From IMG/VR virus record IMGVR_UViG_3300046507_000426: 43,059 bases of DNA; one strand, written 5' to 3'. Position numbers and translations under genes: made by a program. The notes beneath the pieces were generated by a model, which did no database searches, was not told the DNA's origin, and worked only from the letters and a program-made list of their open reading frames with translations. Within the stretch, counting starts at the first letter, position 1. The number at the start of each line of letters is the position of its first letter. This document shows, piece by piece, positions 1-8,616 of the stretch. The DNA comes from a virus. Taxonomy: Duplodnaviria > Heunggongvirae > Uroviricota > Caudoviricetes.

Positions 1-187
1 ATAAAAACATAGGGTTTACACCTAGAGTCTAAGAATCCGGGGGTCTTATATATATATAATATTTGAACTTTTTAAAAAATATATTTATATATAAGAGAGG
101 TATTGTGGGTTTTGTAAAAAGATGTGTGACTCAATTAGAAAGTGAGGTATGGTTGAAAATTTTTTCTGGACAATTGGACAAATCCTT

Positions 188-291
188 TGAAACTCAAGCT
201 GGATAAGGCTTTGCGGCTGTCCAGCTTCATTTTATTTTTTGGACAAATTGGACACAAAGCTCTGAAACCCAAGCTGGGTAAGGCTTTGCGG
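188..291. repeat. Pair of 29-bp direct repeats (188-216, 263-291; 2 mismatches) within an AT-rich non-coding region carrying multiple TGGACA/TGTCCA hexamers
   Basis: tgaaactcaagctggataaggctttgcgg vs tgaaacccaagctgggtaaggctttgcgg, 75 bp apart; TGGACA at 167, 175, 240, 249 and TGTCCA at 218, 303. Confidence 0.85.
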
Positions 292-515
292 GTTTTATGA
301 TTTGTCCAGTTTTTTCTGAGACTTTAAACCTGTCCTGTAAATCAGACTTCCTAACCGACTTGAAGTACATCTCCGGATCGATTACAGCCTCTCTGAGCCG
401 CTCGCAGACTTATTTGATACCCGAGTAGCACCTAGCCCTTAAAACGCCTCTAAAGGGCTCTGAGAGGATAGCACTAAAATGATTGACAGAAGAACTCTGC
501 TGATAGAGAATCCCT

Positions 516-1124
516 ATGACAATCAACTACAACCAAAACGCTATGCAAAACGTATCTATTCTTTCGGGGTTTACGATGGATGATATACAGGAGATGATAG
601 ATGAGAACTCTTCCCTAAGAGGTTACCTTCAAGGTTACCTAGCTGAGAGGGCTCTTAAGGATCAGATTCTTTGTATTCCCGGAGTTAGCTCAGTTACTAA
701 AATTCCGGATCGGGATCAAGAGAAGGGTGACTTCAAGGTCATCTACAAAGACGTACCTATTTCTATCGAAGCCAAGTCTGTGATGACTGACTCCGTTAGA
801 CCGGATGTCTTGAGCCAAACCTGGCAGGGCTCAGTCATGGTCAAGAACACCGACAAACGAGAAGTTGAAGTCGACGGCATTGGAACTATCACTACGACAA
901 AGCTTGAGCGTGGCCAATTCGACATACTGGCTATTTGCTGTTTCGCAGTTAGTGGCCGGTGGGATTTCCTGTTCATCGAGAATAGGTTTTTACCAGCAGC
1001 AGACGAAAGCCACAATTTGCTTAAGACTCGATTCATCGTCAATCCCGGTACAACTCCCGGTGTGACTGACAACCTCGTAAGACTTCTTGAAAAGACCTTG
1101 GAAATCAAGGCTCTCGCCGCTTAA
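516..1124 (+). CDS. PD-(D/E)xK restriction-endonuclease-like protein
   Basis: Helix with E (GYLAE), then GDF...IEAKS catalytic-type motif. True start could be a downstream Met. Confidence 0.6.
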   Translation: MTINYNQNAMQNVSILSGFTMDDIQEMIDENSSLRGYLQGYLAERALKDQILCIPGVSSVTKIPDRDQEKGDFKVIYKDVPISIEAKSVMTDSVRPDVLSQTWQGSVMVKNTDKREVEVDGIGTITTTKLERGQFDILAICCFAVSGRWDFLFIENRFLPAADESHNLLKTRFIVNPGTTPGVTDNLVRLLEKTLEIKALAA

Positions 1125-1153
1125 AATATCTGAGTAAAACGGATCCTATACAC

Positions 1154-1783
1154 ATGAATGACAACGAAATCGTACTAAGCCTTTTAGAGTTTTATAAGCG
1201 CAAAGGCATTGATATGTACAAGGTACTTGACGATCCTTCGTTCAAGGCACTATCGCTTGATACAAAACTTAAGGCCATTAAAACCCATGCACAGGAACTT
1301 GCTGAAGATACGGGTCATGGCATTACAAAGAAAGACTTTAAGGGTACCCTAAGCAATATGTTTGCACAGGCCGTTAAGGGCGCTATTACAGGTGTTGCAA
1401 CAGGCGTTGCAGCTAAGAGTATGTTTCGTGGGGGTCACCTGCCTCTGCTGGAAGTAGGACTAGGCGGTGCAGTAGTTGGCGCTATGGCCGGTGCAGCAAG
1501 TTCAGCTGTTAATGTCATTAACGCTTCACAGGAACGGGCCTTTATGCGACATGAGTTAAATCGCGTTGTATCGAGCCCCACTTCCCCGAACGCACTTGGA
1601 GTACTTAGCGCAGGGAATCTCAAAGGTATGGCTACTTCAGGAGAATTCAACAAAATTCTCGCCAAGGTTAGAGATGATCTGGACGGTAAGCTCGGAGATC
1701 ATCAAAAGAGCCATCTATCGAATTACGTTATTGCCCATAACGAAGCTCTTGGCCGTGAGCGCCTTGATGAACTGAATCCTTGA
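1154..1783 (+). CDS. Hypothetical protein with central Gly/Ala-rich hydrophobic segment (possible virion/ejection protein)
   Basis: 209-aa ORF; GAITGVATGVAA...GLGGAVVGAMAGAASSAV segment. Confidence 0.6.
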   Translation: MNDNEIVLSLLEFYKRKGIDMYKVLDDPSFKALSLDTKLKAIKTHAQELAEDTGHGITKKDFKGTLSNMFAQAVKGAITGVATGVAAKSMFRGGHLPLLEVGLGGAVVGAMAGAASSAVNVINASQERAFMRHELNRVVSSPTSPNALGVLSAGNLKGMATSGEFNKILAKVRDDLDGKLGDHQKSHLSNYVIAHNEALGRERLDELNP

Positions 1784-1800
1784 ATTAACATATAAACACT

Positions 1801-2688
1801 ATGCTAGCATATACACTTAAAGAAATTCTCGATCTTGTACCTGAAGCAGCTTCATTCGTGAAGAAGGCGTCAGTCGAACAGGATATGCCTCTGGACAGCA
1901 AGGATTCATGCATCGCCTCAGCTCTTAAGCTGAAGTACCATGAAAAAGTTGCCTTCAAGGCTGTTGACGTATTTGCAATCGAAAAGGTTGCTCAAGCTGT
2001 TAAGGCCTATGGCGTTGAAGCTGAAGTTGCATCCTTATCCGAACGCATGGTTAATGCTGCGTTTGAAAAGTCTGCCGCCGCCGCTGCTATTGCCAATGAC
2101 GACTACCTGACCAAGCAGGCTTACTTCGAAGGTGAACTCTCGGGACTGCGTCCTGAAGGTACTCTATCAAAAGAAGCTTCAGCTCTGTACGACGAAGCTG
2201 TTGCCAAGGGTATCAAACCTAGCGATGACGTTGTTCGTTATTCAGGTCATGGGTTCATGGATAAGGAAGCAGCCGTTAAAGCTCTTGCCAATCGTTTCTA
2301 TGAAACTCGCAATCCCTCTTTCGTAAAACTGGCTACAGCCATTCATAAATTACAGGGTCAAATTAAACCAGAAACGGTTCGTGACATCTGTGATACAATT
2401 TGTGGAATGGACAAAGAAGCTGGGCTCTCAACGAAGGGCTACAACTTCTATAAAGAAACTATTCTAACGAAGGAAGCAGAAGTGATTTCTGCACTAAAAG
2501 TAAAGCTGTGCGGTCAGGACGTACCGTTCGAAAAGATCGCCAAGCTTGGCAAAGGTCGATTCTCGGCTTACATGGGTGCAGACGTAGGTAATGAATTCGA
2601 TCACGGCCCTGCTCACTTTAAACAGATCCTGGAAACTCTCCCTATGGATCTTCAGAAAGTTGCACTCCATCTAACAAAGAACGTCTAA
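1801..2688 (+). CDS. Hypothetical protein with 12 repeats of an x-x-K-x-A motif (first residue mostly hydrophobic); possible head/internal protein
   Basis: 295-aa ORF; FVKKA, HEKVA, IEKVA, FEKSA, LTKQA, LSKEA, MDKEA, FVKLA, MDKEA, LTKEA, FEKIA, LQKVA. Confidence 0.65.
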   Translation: MLAYTLKEILDLVPEAASFVKKASVEQDMPLDSKDSCIASALKLKYHEKVAFKAVDVFAIEKVAQAVKAYGVEAEVASLSERMVNAAFEKSAAAAAIANDDYLTKQAYFEGELSGLRPEGTLSKEASALYDEAVAKGIKPSDDVVRYSGHGFMDKEAAVKALANRFYETRNPSFVKLATAIHKLQGQIKPETVRDICDTICGMDKEAGLSTKGYNFYKETILTKEAEVISALKVKLCGQDVPFEKIAKLGKGRFSAYMGADVGNEFDHGPAHFKQILETLPMDLQKVALHLTKNV

Positions 2689-2690
2689 TA

Positions 2691-3254
2691 ATGTTTGAAG
2701 AAGAAGACTTCGGTATTGAACTGAAAGCACCGGATTTTCGCATGGGTCTGGCGGCTATTTCCCATATCAAAAACTCTCTGGACCGTATGTTCGGCAAAGG
2801 CGGTTGGGAAGATCTGGAAATCGAAACGATCTCTATTACTCTAGGCACAGTCCTGGACGCATTGACTCGTGACAAAATAAGTGTTCTTCAAATTCTTGTA
2901 ACCCAGCCTGAACTGTTCTACGAAGATGCATCCTTCCTGCTTTACGCTACGGATGTTATCAACAACATTGAAGCAGACTTCGAATATGTGCCTGCACCTA
3001 CCTCGCTTGAGCTTGCATTTGCAATCAGTGAAGTAAAGAAGATTCTCTCAGCAGACAGCGTTTATGTTCACATTGAAGATACGACGTTCCCAAAGACAAT
3101 TGCTTACATGCTTCGTCAAGAAGGTTATTCTGTCCCGGTAGCACCGTTTGAGTTTGTACCAGCAGATGCATTGGAACCAGGTCAGACACCTGAAGATACC
3201 GCTAATAAAGCAAAAGCGATTAAACGCTATATCAAAGAAATGGGCGGTGAATAA
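2691..3254 (+). CDS. Hypothetical acidic protein
   Basis: 187-aa ORF tightly packed between neighbours (2-nt gap upstream, TAATG overlap downstream). Confidence 0.65.
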   Translation: MFEEEDFGIELKAPDFRMGLAAISHIKNSLDRMFGKGGWEDLEIETISITLGTVLDALTRDKISVLQILVTQPELFYEDASFLLYATDVINNIEADFEYVPAPTSLELAFAISEVKKILSADSVYVHIEDTTFPKTIAYMLRQEGYSVPVAPFEFVPADALEPGQTPEDTANKAKAIKRYIKEMGGE

Positions 3255-3667
3255 TGTATACGCAATCAGTCGAAGTTAACAACCTAGTTACAGTAACAGC
3301 TCAAGGTCCGGGTACTGGTCTTTCAGTTCCACCTGATCTTGCACTGCTATTTAATGGCGCACCTGTTGTTACCCCTACGGTAAGTTTTGCATCTGCAGGT
3401 GCGGGTCCTCTTTATAATTTCACTTTTACGCCTACTGCTACCGGCACGTATATCCTATACGCGTTTGGAGCAATTCAAGGCGTTGTAAATGTTGTAACGC
3501 AAACCCTGTACACGATTACCAAGAATATTCAAGATGAAAGTCTTGGTAGCTGGCAATGGGATAAAGTTGCTGGTACGCTTGTAATGTTAAGAACTGACGG
3601 TACTACGCTTGCACAGTTCACCGTTATAGATAATTTAACAACATCAAGTAGAGAACGTATTTCGTAA
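3254..3667 (+). CDS. Hypothetical beta-rich protein, probable virion structural component
   Basis: 137-aa ORF, Thr/Val/Gly-rich, translationally coupled to upstream gene. Confidence 0.55.
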   Translation: MYTQSVEVNNLVTVTAQGPGTGLSVPPDLALLFNGAPVVTPTVSFASAGAGPLYNFTFTPTATGTYILYAFGAIQGVVNVVTQTLYTITKNIQDESLGSWQWDKVAGTLVMLRTDGTTLAQFTVIDNLTTSSRERIS

Positions 3668-3673
3668 TTTATT

Positions 3674-4276
3674 GTGAATCTAATTTCCAGAAGCGAAGCT
3701 AAGGCTCAGGGTTTGACGAGATATTTTACAAAAGAAGCTTGTAAGAACGGCCATATTTCAGAGCGTTTCGTAAACAACGGGTATTGTTGTATTTGTAAAA
3801 AAGAAACTAGACATAAACCTGAAGTAAGAGAAAAAGAACGTTTGCAATGTATAGAGTGGAAAAAGGGTAACGTTGAAAAAGTTAGTCAATACAATAAAGA
3901 TTGGCTCACTATAAACGGGGATAAAAGACGAACTAAGCGTAGAATCATATATGCTTCTAATCCTGACTTTTTTAGATCTATTTCTAAAAATTGGTCAAAA
4001 CAAAATCGAAGTAAAGTGTATCTAAGTAACGCTAGTAGACGGGCCACAAAACTTCGGGCTACCCCTACTTGGGTTGATTTAAAAGCAATGGAAGCATTTT
4101 ACGCAAAATCTGTAAAACTCTCTGAAGAAACAGGTATTACTCACCATGTAGATCATATAGTGCCTTTACAAAATGAAATAGTCTGCGGTTTACATAATCA
4201 ATTCAATTTACAAGTATTAACAGCTACGGAAAATATTTCTAAAGGCAATAGATTTTGGCCAGATATGCCGAACTGA
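3674..4276 (+). CDS. Free-standing HNH endonuclease
   Basis: C-terminal HVDHIVPLQ...CGLHNQFNLQVLTATENISKGN HNH motif; N-terminal CKNGH...CCIC zinc-binding segment; GTG start; visibly AT-rich. Confidence 0.9.
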   Translation: MNLISRSEAKAQGLTRYFTKEACKNGHISERFVNNGYCCICKKETRHKPEVREKERLQCIEWKKGNVEKVSQYNKDWLTINGDKRRTKRRIIYASNPDFFRSISKNWSKQNRSKVYLSNASRRATKLRATPTWVDLKAMEAFYAKSVKLSEETGITHHVDHIVPLQNEIVCGLHNQFNLQVLTATENISKGNRFWPDMPN

Positions 4277-4370
4277 ATGCTTGGGCAAAACCGTACAACA
4301 AATTCAATTGCTAATAAATACATTACCTTCTAGAATTGATAGAATGTCAGTTTTTGTTTAACTAAGCTAA

Positions 4371-4400
4371 AAAAAGCCCCTCGTAAAACAGGGGCTTTTT
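4371..4400. terminator. Bidirectional intrinsic terminator between convergent HNH and ThiF/E1 genes
   Basis: aaaaagcccct-cgtaaaac-aggggcttttt: perfect stem with A and T tracts. Confidence 0.9.
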
Positions 4401-4409
4401 CATTGCTAT

Positions 4410-5645
4410 TTACAAAGAGCGAAATGCGGTAGATTCTTGACCGACTTCTTCACTGAGAGCAAAGGTTTCATCCAATGCTGTCTCTTCTTCTGTCTCGGGA
4501 TTTACAGGCGCTACTTGTGCGGCCCATTGGTTGAACCGACCCGTAGTAGTCGTAGGTTCAGACTTTTTAGCACGAGGCTTTCTCTTCGGAGCTTCAACCA
4601 CAACTTCAGGATTCACGGCCTGGTTAGCTGCAAGAGCCGCCTGAGCATCACGAAGCTGAATCATCTCGTTGTTACGAAGCAAGAACGAGTCGAACAAATT
4701 CTCTGCAGAAACCATAGCGCAACTTCCAACAAATCCTCTGTTTACTCCATTGCTGATTGAAGAGTGATATGAAGCCGACGGTTGAACAATCTTGTTGCGA
4801 TAGTTCGTAATCGTGTTCTTCGTATACGTCGTCGAACCACTCCCGATATCAATCGAAATTTCGTTGTAATCCACGATCTTGTTGTAGTAGTAATTCTGCA
4901 CAAACGACAGAATCAGCATAGCCATCAACGAATTGATTGCCAAGGTCTGATCCAGGTCAGCGCAACTACCAAGGCCGGGATTGTCCTGAAGGCTTTCATA
5001 GAACTCATGGTCGTACGGCAAGTATTCGACCGGTTCCGGAAGAAATTCGATACGCTCAGGTACACGATACTTTGCACGAAGCTCACCCTCTTGATACACC
5101 TTGTTGGAAATCAAGATGTGATTCGTAAACATCCGAACCTGACCAAATGCGTCTTCGTTCCCCGCATCAATGAACAACGTAGTCTTGTTGTAGTTAAGCG
5201 GAGCCAAGGCTTTGAGAACCGTGCGACGAGCCTCTGCGCTATCCACACACATGATAACCAGGTCGTTCGAAGTATTCTCGATCGTTATCCCAGCGGTGTT
5301 AACCAAGTCAGCACGGAACGTCGACGGTGTCATCGCCTTATCGATAAACTTCGGATAGGCCACGACATTCATGTCGTAAGCCTTGCCATATCGCATCGCA
5401 AGAACCGAGGCCTTGTTCTTGTTCACATCGTTTGCGATGAAGTTCTGACGAAGCAGATTCTTCTGTTCAACAATATCACCGTCAATCAGAACGATGTTCG
5501 TCGAAGGCAACCATCCAGTCGGATTATGCTCTTTCGTGATCGAACGGATAAACTGAACGAGGGTCGGAATTAGGCGGGAACCGGTTCCTCCGCAACCTAC
5601 GACGAAAATGTTGGTAGGAATAGTAGGCGGGCGAAATTTAAACAT
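4410..5645 (-). CDS. ThiF/E1-family ubiquitin-like activating enzyme (PRTRC-ThiF type) with disordered C-terminal tail
   Basis: VVGCGGTGS nucleotide-binding loop, DGDIVEQKNLLRQNF, NKA, CVDSAEARR, DAGN, and GSCAD...Q.L.IN candidate catalytic Cys segment. Confidence 0.92.
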   Translation of the reverse strand: MFKFRPPTIPTNIFVVGCGGTGSRLIPTLVQFIRSITKEHNPTGWLPSTNIVLIDGDIVEQKNLLRQNFIANDVNKNKASVLAMRYGKAYDMNVVAYPKFIDKAMTPSTFRADLVNTAGITIENTSNDLVIMCVDSAEARRTVLKALAPLNYNKTTLFIDAGNEDAFGQVRMFTNHILISNKVYQEGELRAKYRVPERIEFLPEPVEYLPYDHEFYESLQDNPGLGSCADLDQTLAINSLMAMLILSFVQNYYYNKIVDYNEISIDIGSGSTTYTKNTITNYRNKIVQPSASYHSSISNGVNRGFVGSCAMVSAENLFDSFLLRNNEMIQLRDAQAALAANQAVNPEVVVEAPKRKPRAKKSEPTTTTGRFNQWAAQVAPVNPETEEETALDETFALSEEVGQESTAFRSL

Positions 5646-5706
5646 GTTTACTCCTGGTTAAAAAGCTAGACGAATGGTCTTGTTTAAGGACGTGGTGGTC
5701 CGTTAC

Positions 5707-5721
5707 TATTCTTATACCAAA
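5707..5721 (-). promoter_or_regulatory. Candidate promoter -10 element TTTGGTATAAGAATA upstream of E1
   Basis: 15-bp exact match to 10668-10682; shares TTGGTATAA core with 9901-9917 and 9973-9989; overlaps stop codon of the zinc-finger ORF. Confidence 0.6.
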
Positions 5722-5945
5722 GAATTCGAATTCAATGGCCGAGGCCCAGTAGGTTCACCGATTATAACAATGCCCTTACTCGCAGCTTCTGCAGCATCAA
5801 GTTGAGCAAGGAAATTGGCCTTAGCGACTTTTTCAAGTTCGGGACTTGACGTCATGCATTTAAAACAGATCAACGCCCCGTTATGTCCATACGGACGGAC
5901 GTCAAATTCTTCGTGAAAGTCTTTGCAGTAGTGACAGAGTTTCAT
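5712..5945 (-). CDS. Small C4 zinc-finger protein (treble-clef/ClpX-ZBD-like spacing)
   Basis: CHYC-x19-CFKC; start overlaps stop of upstream ORF (TAATG). Confidence 0.65.
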   Translation of the reverse strand: MKLCHYCKDFHEEFDVRPYGHNGALICFKCMTSSPELEKVAKANFLAQLDAAEAASKGIVIIGEPTGPRPLNSNSLV

Positions 5946-6145
5946 TAAAAATCCCTAGTAAGGTTTAAAACCTTATCTTTCAAGAGTTGCAAATCTCTTT
6001 CTGCATCAATCCGTTTTCTCTTTTCATGGATTGCTGCATCACTCCACGTGTCAAATCCGTCAGGGCCTTTGGCTTCGCTTCGAAGTTTCCAGATTTCTCC
6101 CCATAGACGGATTGGGTTGGATTCGTTAGGGTCTAGAGGTTCCAT
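5945..6145 (-). CDS. Small hypothetical protein with C-terminal coiled-coil-like helix
   Basis: 66-aa ORF with purine-rich RBS-like sequence, coupled to downstream ORF. Confidence 0.55.
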   Translation of the reverse strand: MEPLDPNESNPIRLWGEIWKLRSEAKGPDGFDTWSDAAIHEKRKRIDAERDLQLLKDKVLNLTRDF

Positions 6146-6158
6146 AGTTTGTCTCTCT

Positions 6159-6190
6159 AAAAAAAGAAGCGCTCGGTTAAGAGCGCCTCT
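6159..6190 (-). terminator. Intrinsic terminator downstream of JAB gene
   Basis: Minus strand agaggcgctc-ttaacc-gagcgcttct followed by T7. Confidence 0.8.
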
Positions 6191-6194
6191 CGGG

Positions 6195-7574
6195 TTAGTG
6201 AATACCGTTCATCTGGATACGTTCTTGAACTTCATCAGGGAGTTCCTGATAGAGTCGTTTGAACAAGGTTTCCATAGCAGGACCATCAGAAGCCATATGC
6301 AACATATCGGCCATAATGGTTTCTACCAACTCATCCTTACCACTGAGATTAGCCATGATGTCATCAATCAGACAGAATGCTTCTGCAGTGTCGTGACCAT
6401 GTTGAGCATGGACTTCATCGTAACGATCATCGCCTGCATACATGCTCATGCCGGGCCCATCTAGATAAGTCTGATTACGGATCTCTCCAGTAGCCTGATC
6501 GACGTCAGGATCGAACGCAGGATTATACCCAGCATTGCCCGTGTAAGCAGGGGGAAGATGCGACTCGTCATAGCTCGGATCTTCGAACGCACGAGCCAAC
6601 GCACGCTCTGCATATGCAAGCCTTTCATCCTCGCCATTCGGAGTCAGATTCCAGGCATCGTCGGGATGACTCAGTGCGGGGTTTTGGGCCATCCCCCAGA
6701 AATCACCCTGCCAGTCGATATCACGCCCGTCCCAGGATTCGCCGGGAAGTAACCCCCGTTGGTTCTGGAGATGAGGACCAGCTCTATTGCCTTCCTTTTC
6801 TCCGCTTCCCGCGTCTCCCTTTTTGTATTGCCACGGCTTCAAGTGTTCCGCTTTTCCCTTTGTGCTGTTCCCTCCATACACAGTAACCGGAGGCGTATAC
6901 GTATTGATTTTTGCAACCCAATCAGCAGGGACCGCTGCCTCAGGACGAGCCGGGAGTTCGAACACATCATCCAGTTCGCACTCGATCTTCTTGTCACGAT
7001 AGTTAAAGCGCCAAACCGTTTGCGGATTGGTACTCTTCAGATGTCCGACAACGCCTGAGAAACCGATGTTATTTTGATCATCACGATTATCCGTGCCACT
7101 GAAGAACGCACCCATCGTATTGTGACTATGAATATCACAGACGATAGTCTTGCCCGTCGGAAGCGACGACCAGTCATACGAAGCCGAAGCTTTCGATACA
7201 CGTTGATCCGGAACGATCAAGTGATAGCCACTTTCAGCGTCCCAACAAATCCAGATCATCGCCTCAACTTCAGACTTCTTGACTTCCATGACCTGTTTGA
7301 AAAACGCAACAACCTGGTCAAACAGTTCAATTGGGATCTTACCGTCAGGCAGAAAGTTGATTTCCTGAGAAATACGAGTCGTTTTATAGTTGTCCGGGAG
7401 CTTGTCAACTGCCAGACGAACATAACGATTCTGACCACGAAGCTTATGGTGCTTCAGAATCGGGGATTCCTTCGAACCGGTCATAACATAGATTTCGTTA
7501 TAGCCCGCTTCCATTGCAGCCGGAAGTTCGTTCGGGGTTACAACACAGCTGATGAATTGAGTAATGATGTCCAT
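6195..7574 (-). CDS. JAB/MPN+ metalloprotease (Prok-JAB, PRTRC protein A type) with long acidic C-terminal extension
   Basis: Upstream Glu (EVEAM) and DIHSHNTMGAFFSGTDNRDD JAMM motif (HxH-x7-S-xx-D); AGGAG RBS. Confidence 0.92.
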   Translation of the reverse strand: MDIITQFISCVVTPNELPAAMEAGYNEIYVMTGSKESPILKHHKLRGQNRYVRLAVDKLPDNYKTTRISQEINFLPDGKIPIELFDQVVAFFKQVMEVKKSEVEAMIWICWDAESGYHLIVPDQRVSKASASYDWSSLPTGKTIVCDIHSHNTMGAFFSGTDNRDDQNNIGFSGVVGHLKSTNPQTVWRFNYRDKKIECELDDVFELPARPEAAVPADWVAKINTYTPPVTVYGGNSTKGKAEHLKPWQYKKGDAGSGEKEGNRAGPHLQNQRGLLPGESWDGRDIDWQGDFWGMAQNPALSHPDDAWNLTPNGEDERLAYAERALARAFEDPSYDESHLPPAYTGNAGYNPAFDPDVDQATGEIRNQTYLDGPGMSMYAGDDRYDEVHAQHGHDTAEAFCLIDDIMANLSGKDELVETIMADMLHMASDGPAMETLFKRLYQELPDEVQERIQMNGIH

Positions 7575-7600
7575 CTAAAACTCTCCTGGAGTTGTTTTAC

Positions 7601-8365
7601 TTAAACGGCTTTGAAGCCGCGAAGTGATTCGTAGGGGAAAGGCTTATTGTCTTTTGCTGCATCAGCGAGTTTCTTGAACCAGGCTTCAATAGAAGGCTCA
7701 CCAGAAACTGCACGAAGACCCAGGTCATTGTTGAACGGGGATTCAAACAGGAACTGATAATACCAATCCAAGCCACGCAGGTTATTTTCCGTGAACTGTG
7801 TAGGCATTGAGTTGCCACCGTAGCACATGTTCCCTTCCGAATAAGTATTCGGGAACGGCGACAGATAGATATGCTTGTTACCGTCTACACCCCAGATGAA
7901 GGTCTTAGGCAAGTTACCTACTTTGGCATTCGTCGCATAGTATCTCGACCCAGTTGATTTCCACGTTTTCGAATTGTGGCGAGTCAGCTGATGACTGATA
8001 ATGAAGTTAGGCGCACGCACCGTGTACTTCTTATTCATGTGACGCATGTCAGCCACACGCTCAGCATAATAACAACTCAGTTGAATCGTGGTACTCGACT
8101 TTGCGAAATAGAAACAGTTCGACGGAAGCTGGAAGCCTTCCATCTGTTCCTCATTACGGTGATTGACAACTGCACCGATAATCGCATTAAAGTCTTCGTA
8201 CGAGACTCGCTTTTCGACTTGGCTCTTTTCATCGCCGACCATGAATGCTACGCAATCTTCGAGAAGAATAACGTGATGGCCTAGTACATCCACAAGTCGC
8301 TCTTGAGGCTTCAAAATTTCTTTAGCCACGGGAGCTTCTACAGCTTCGATAACAATATCTGTCAT
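7601..8365 (-). CDS. Prokaryotic E2-like conjugating enzyme (Prok-E2_D / PRTRC protein B type)
   Basis: IYLSPFPNTYSEGNMCYG (candidate catalytic Cys), LFESPFNNDL and terminal FPYESL motifs; context next to JAB and E1. Confidence 0.85.
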   Translation of the reverse strand: MTDIVIEAVEAPVAKEILKPQERLVDVLGHHVILLEDCVAFMVGDEKSQVEKRVSYEDFNAIIGAVVNHRNEEQMEGFQLPSNCFYFAKSSTTIQLSCYYAERVADMRHMNKKYTVRAPNFIISHQLTRHNSKTWKSTGSRYYATNAKVGNLPKTFIWGVDGNKHIYLSPFPNTYSEGNMCYGGNSMPTQFTENNLRGLDWYYQFLFESPFNNDLGLRAVSGEPSIEAWFKKLADAAKDNKPFPYESLRGFKAV

Positions 8366-8616
8366 ACAAAATCCTCTTCAGTATCTGTAACTGCGTGTTT
8401 GGCTTTAACTACCTGAACCTCGATATTTTTGAGATTCGCTTTGGTTCTGCGTACAGTTTCAACCTGGAACACTTGAACACAGGCCCTACTCAATAATTCG
8501 AGATCGGAATGAGTTTTAGGAATATCCACATCGTTGAATCTATTTACTGCTGCATAAACTTCAGAAGCCAAATCAGGTAGTTTCGACGCTTCCGACATTA
8601 AACGCTGAAGTATCAT
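8362..8616 (-). CDS. Small hypothetical protein translationally coupled to E2
   Basis: 84-aa ORF whose TGA overlaps the E2 ATG (ATGA); start could be the Met at 8598. Confidence 0.55.
   Translation of the reverse strand: MILQRLMSEASKLPDLASEVYAAVNRFNDVDIPKTHSDLELLSRACVQVFQVETVRRTKANLKNIEVQVVKAKHAVTDTEEDFV

Noticed and set aside
483-511. Perfect TTGACA upstream of ORF 516
   Set aside because: No convincing -10 at 16-18 bp spacing (best is GAGAAT), so not called a promoter
3674-4276. HNH genes (also 29274-29804) as group I intron-encoded ORFs
   Set aside because: Flanking genes are complete and uninterrupted, the second HNH is antisense, and flanking non-coding space is too short for an intron core
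4782-5573. 263-aa + strand ORF antisense to the E1 gene (and similar 7074-7604 antisense to JAB)
   Set aside because: Shadow ORFs of strongly motif-supported minus-strand genes; no RBS or recognisable motifs, with residue bias typical of antisense frames
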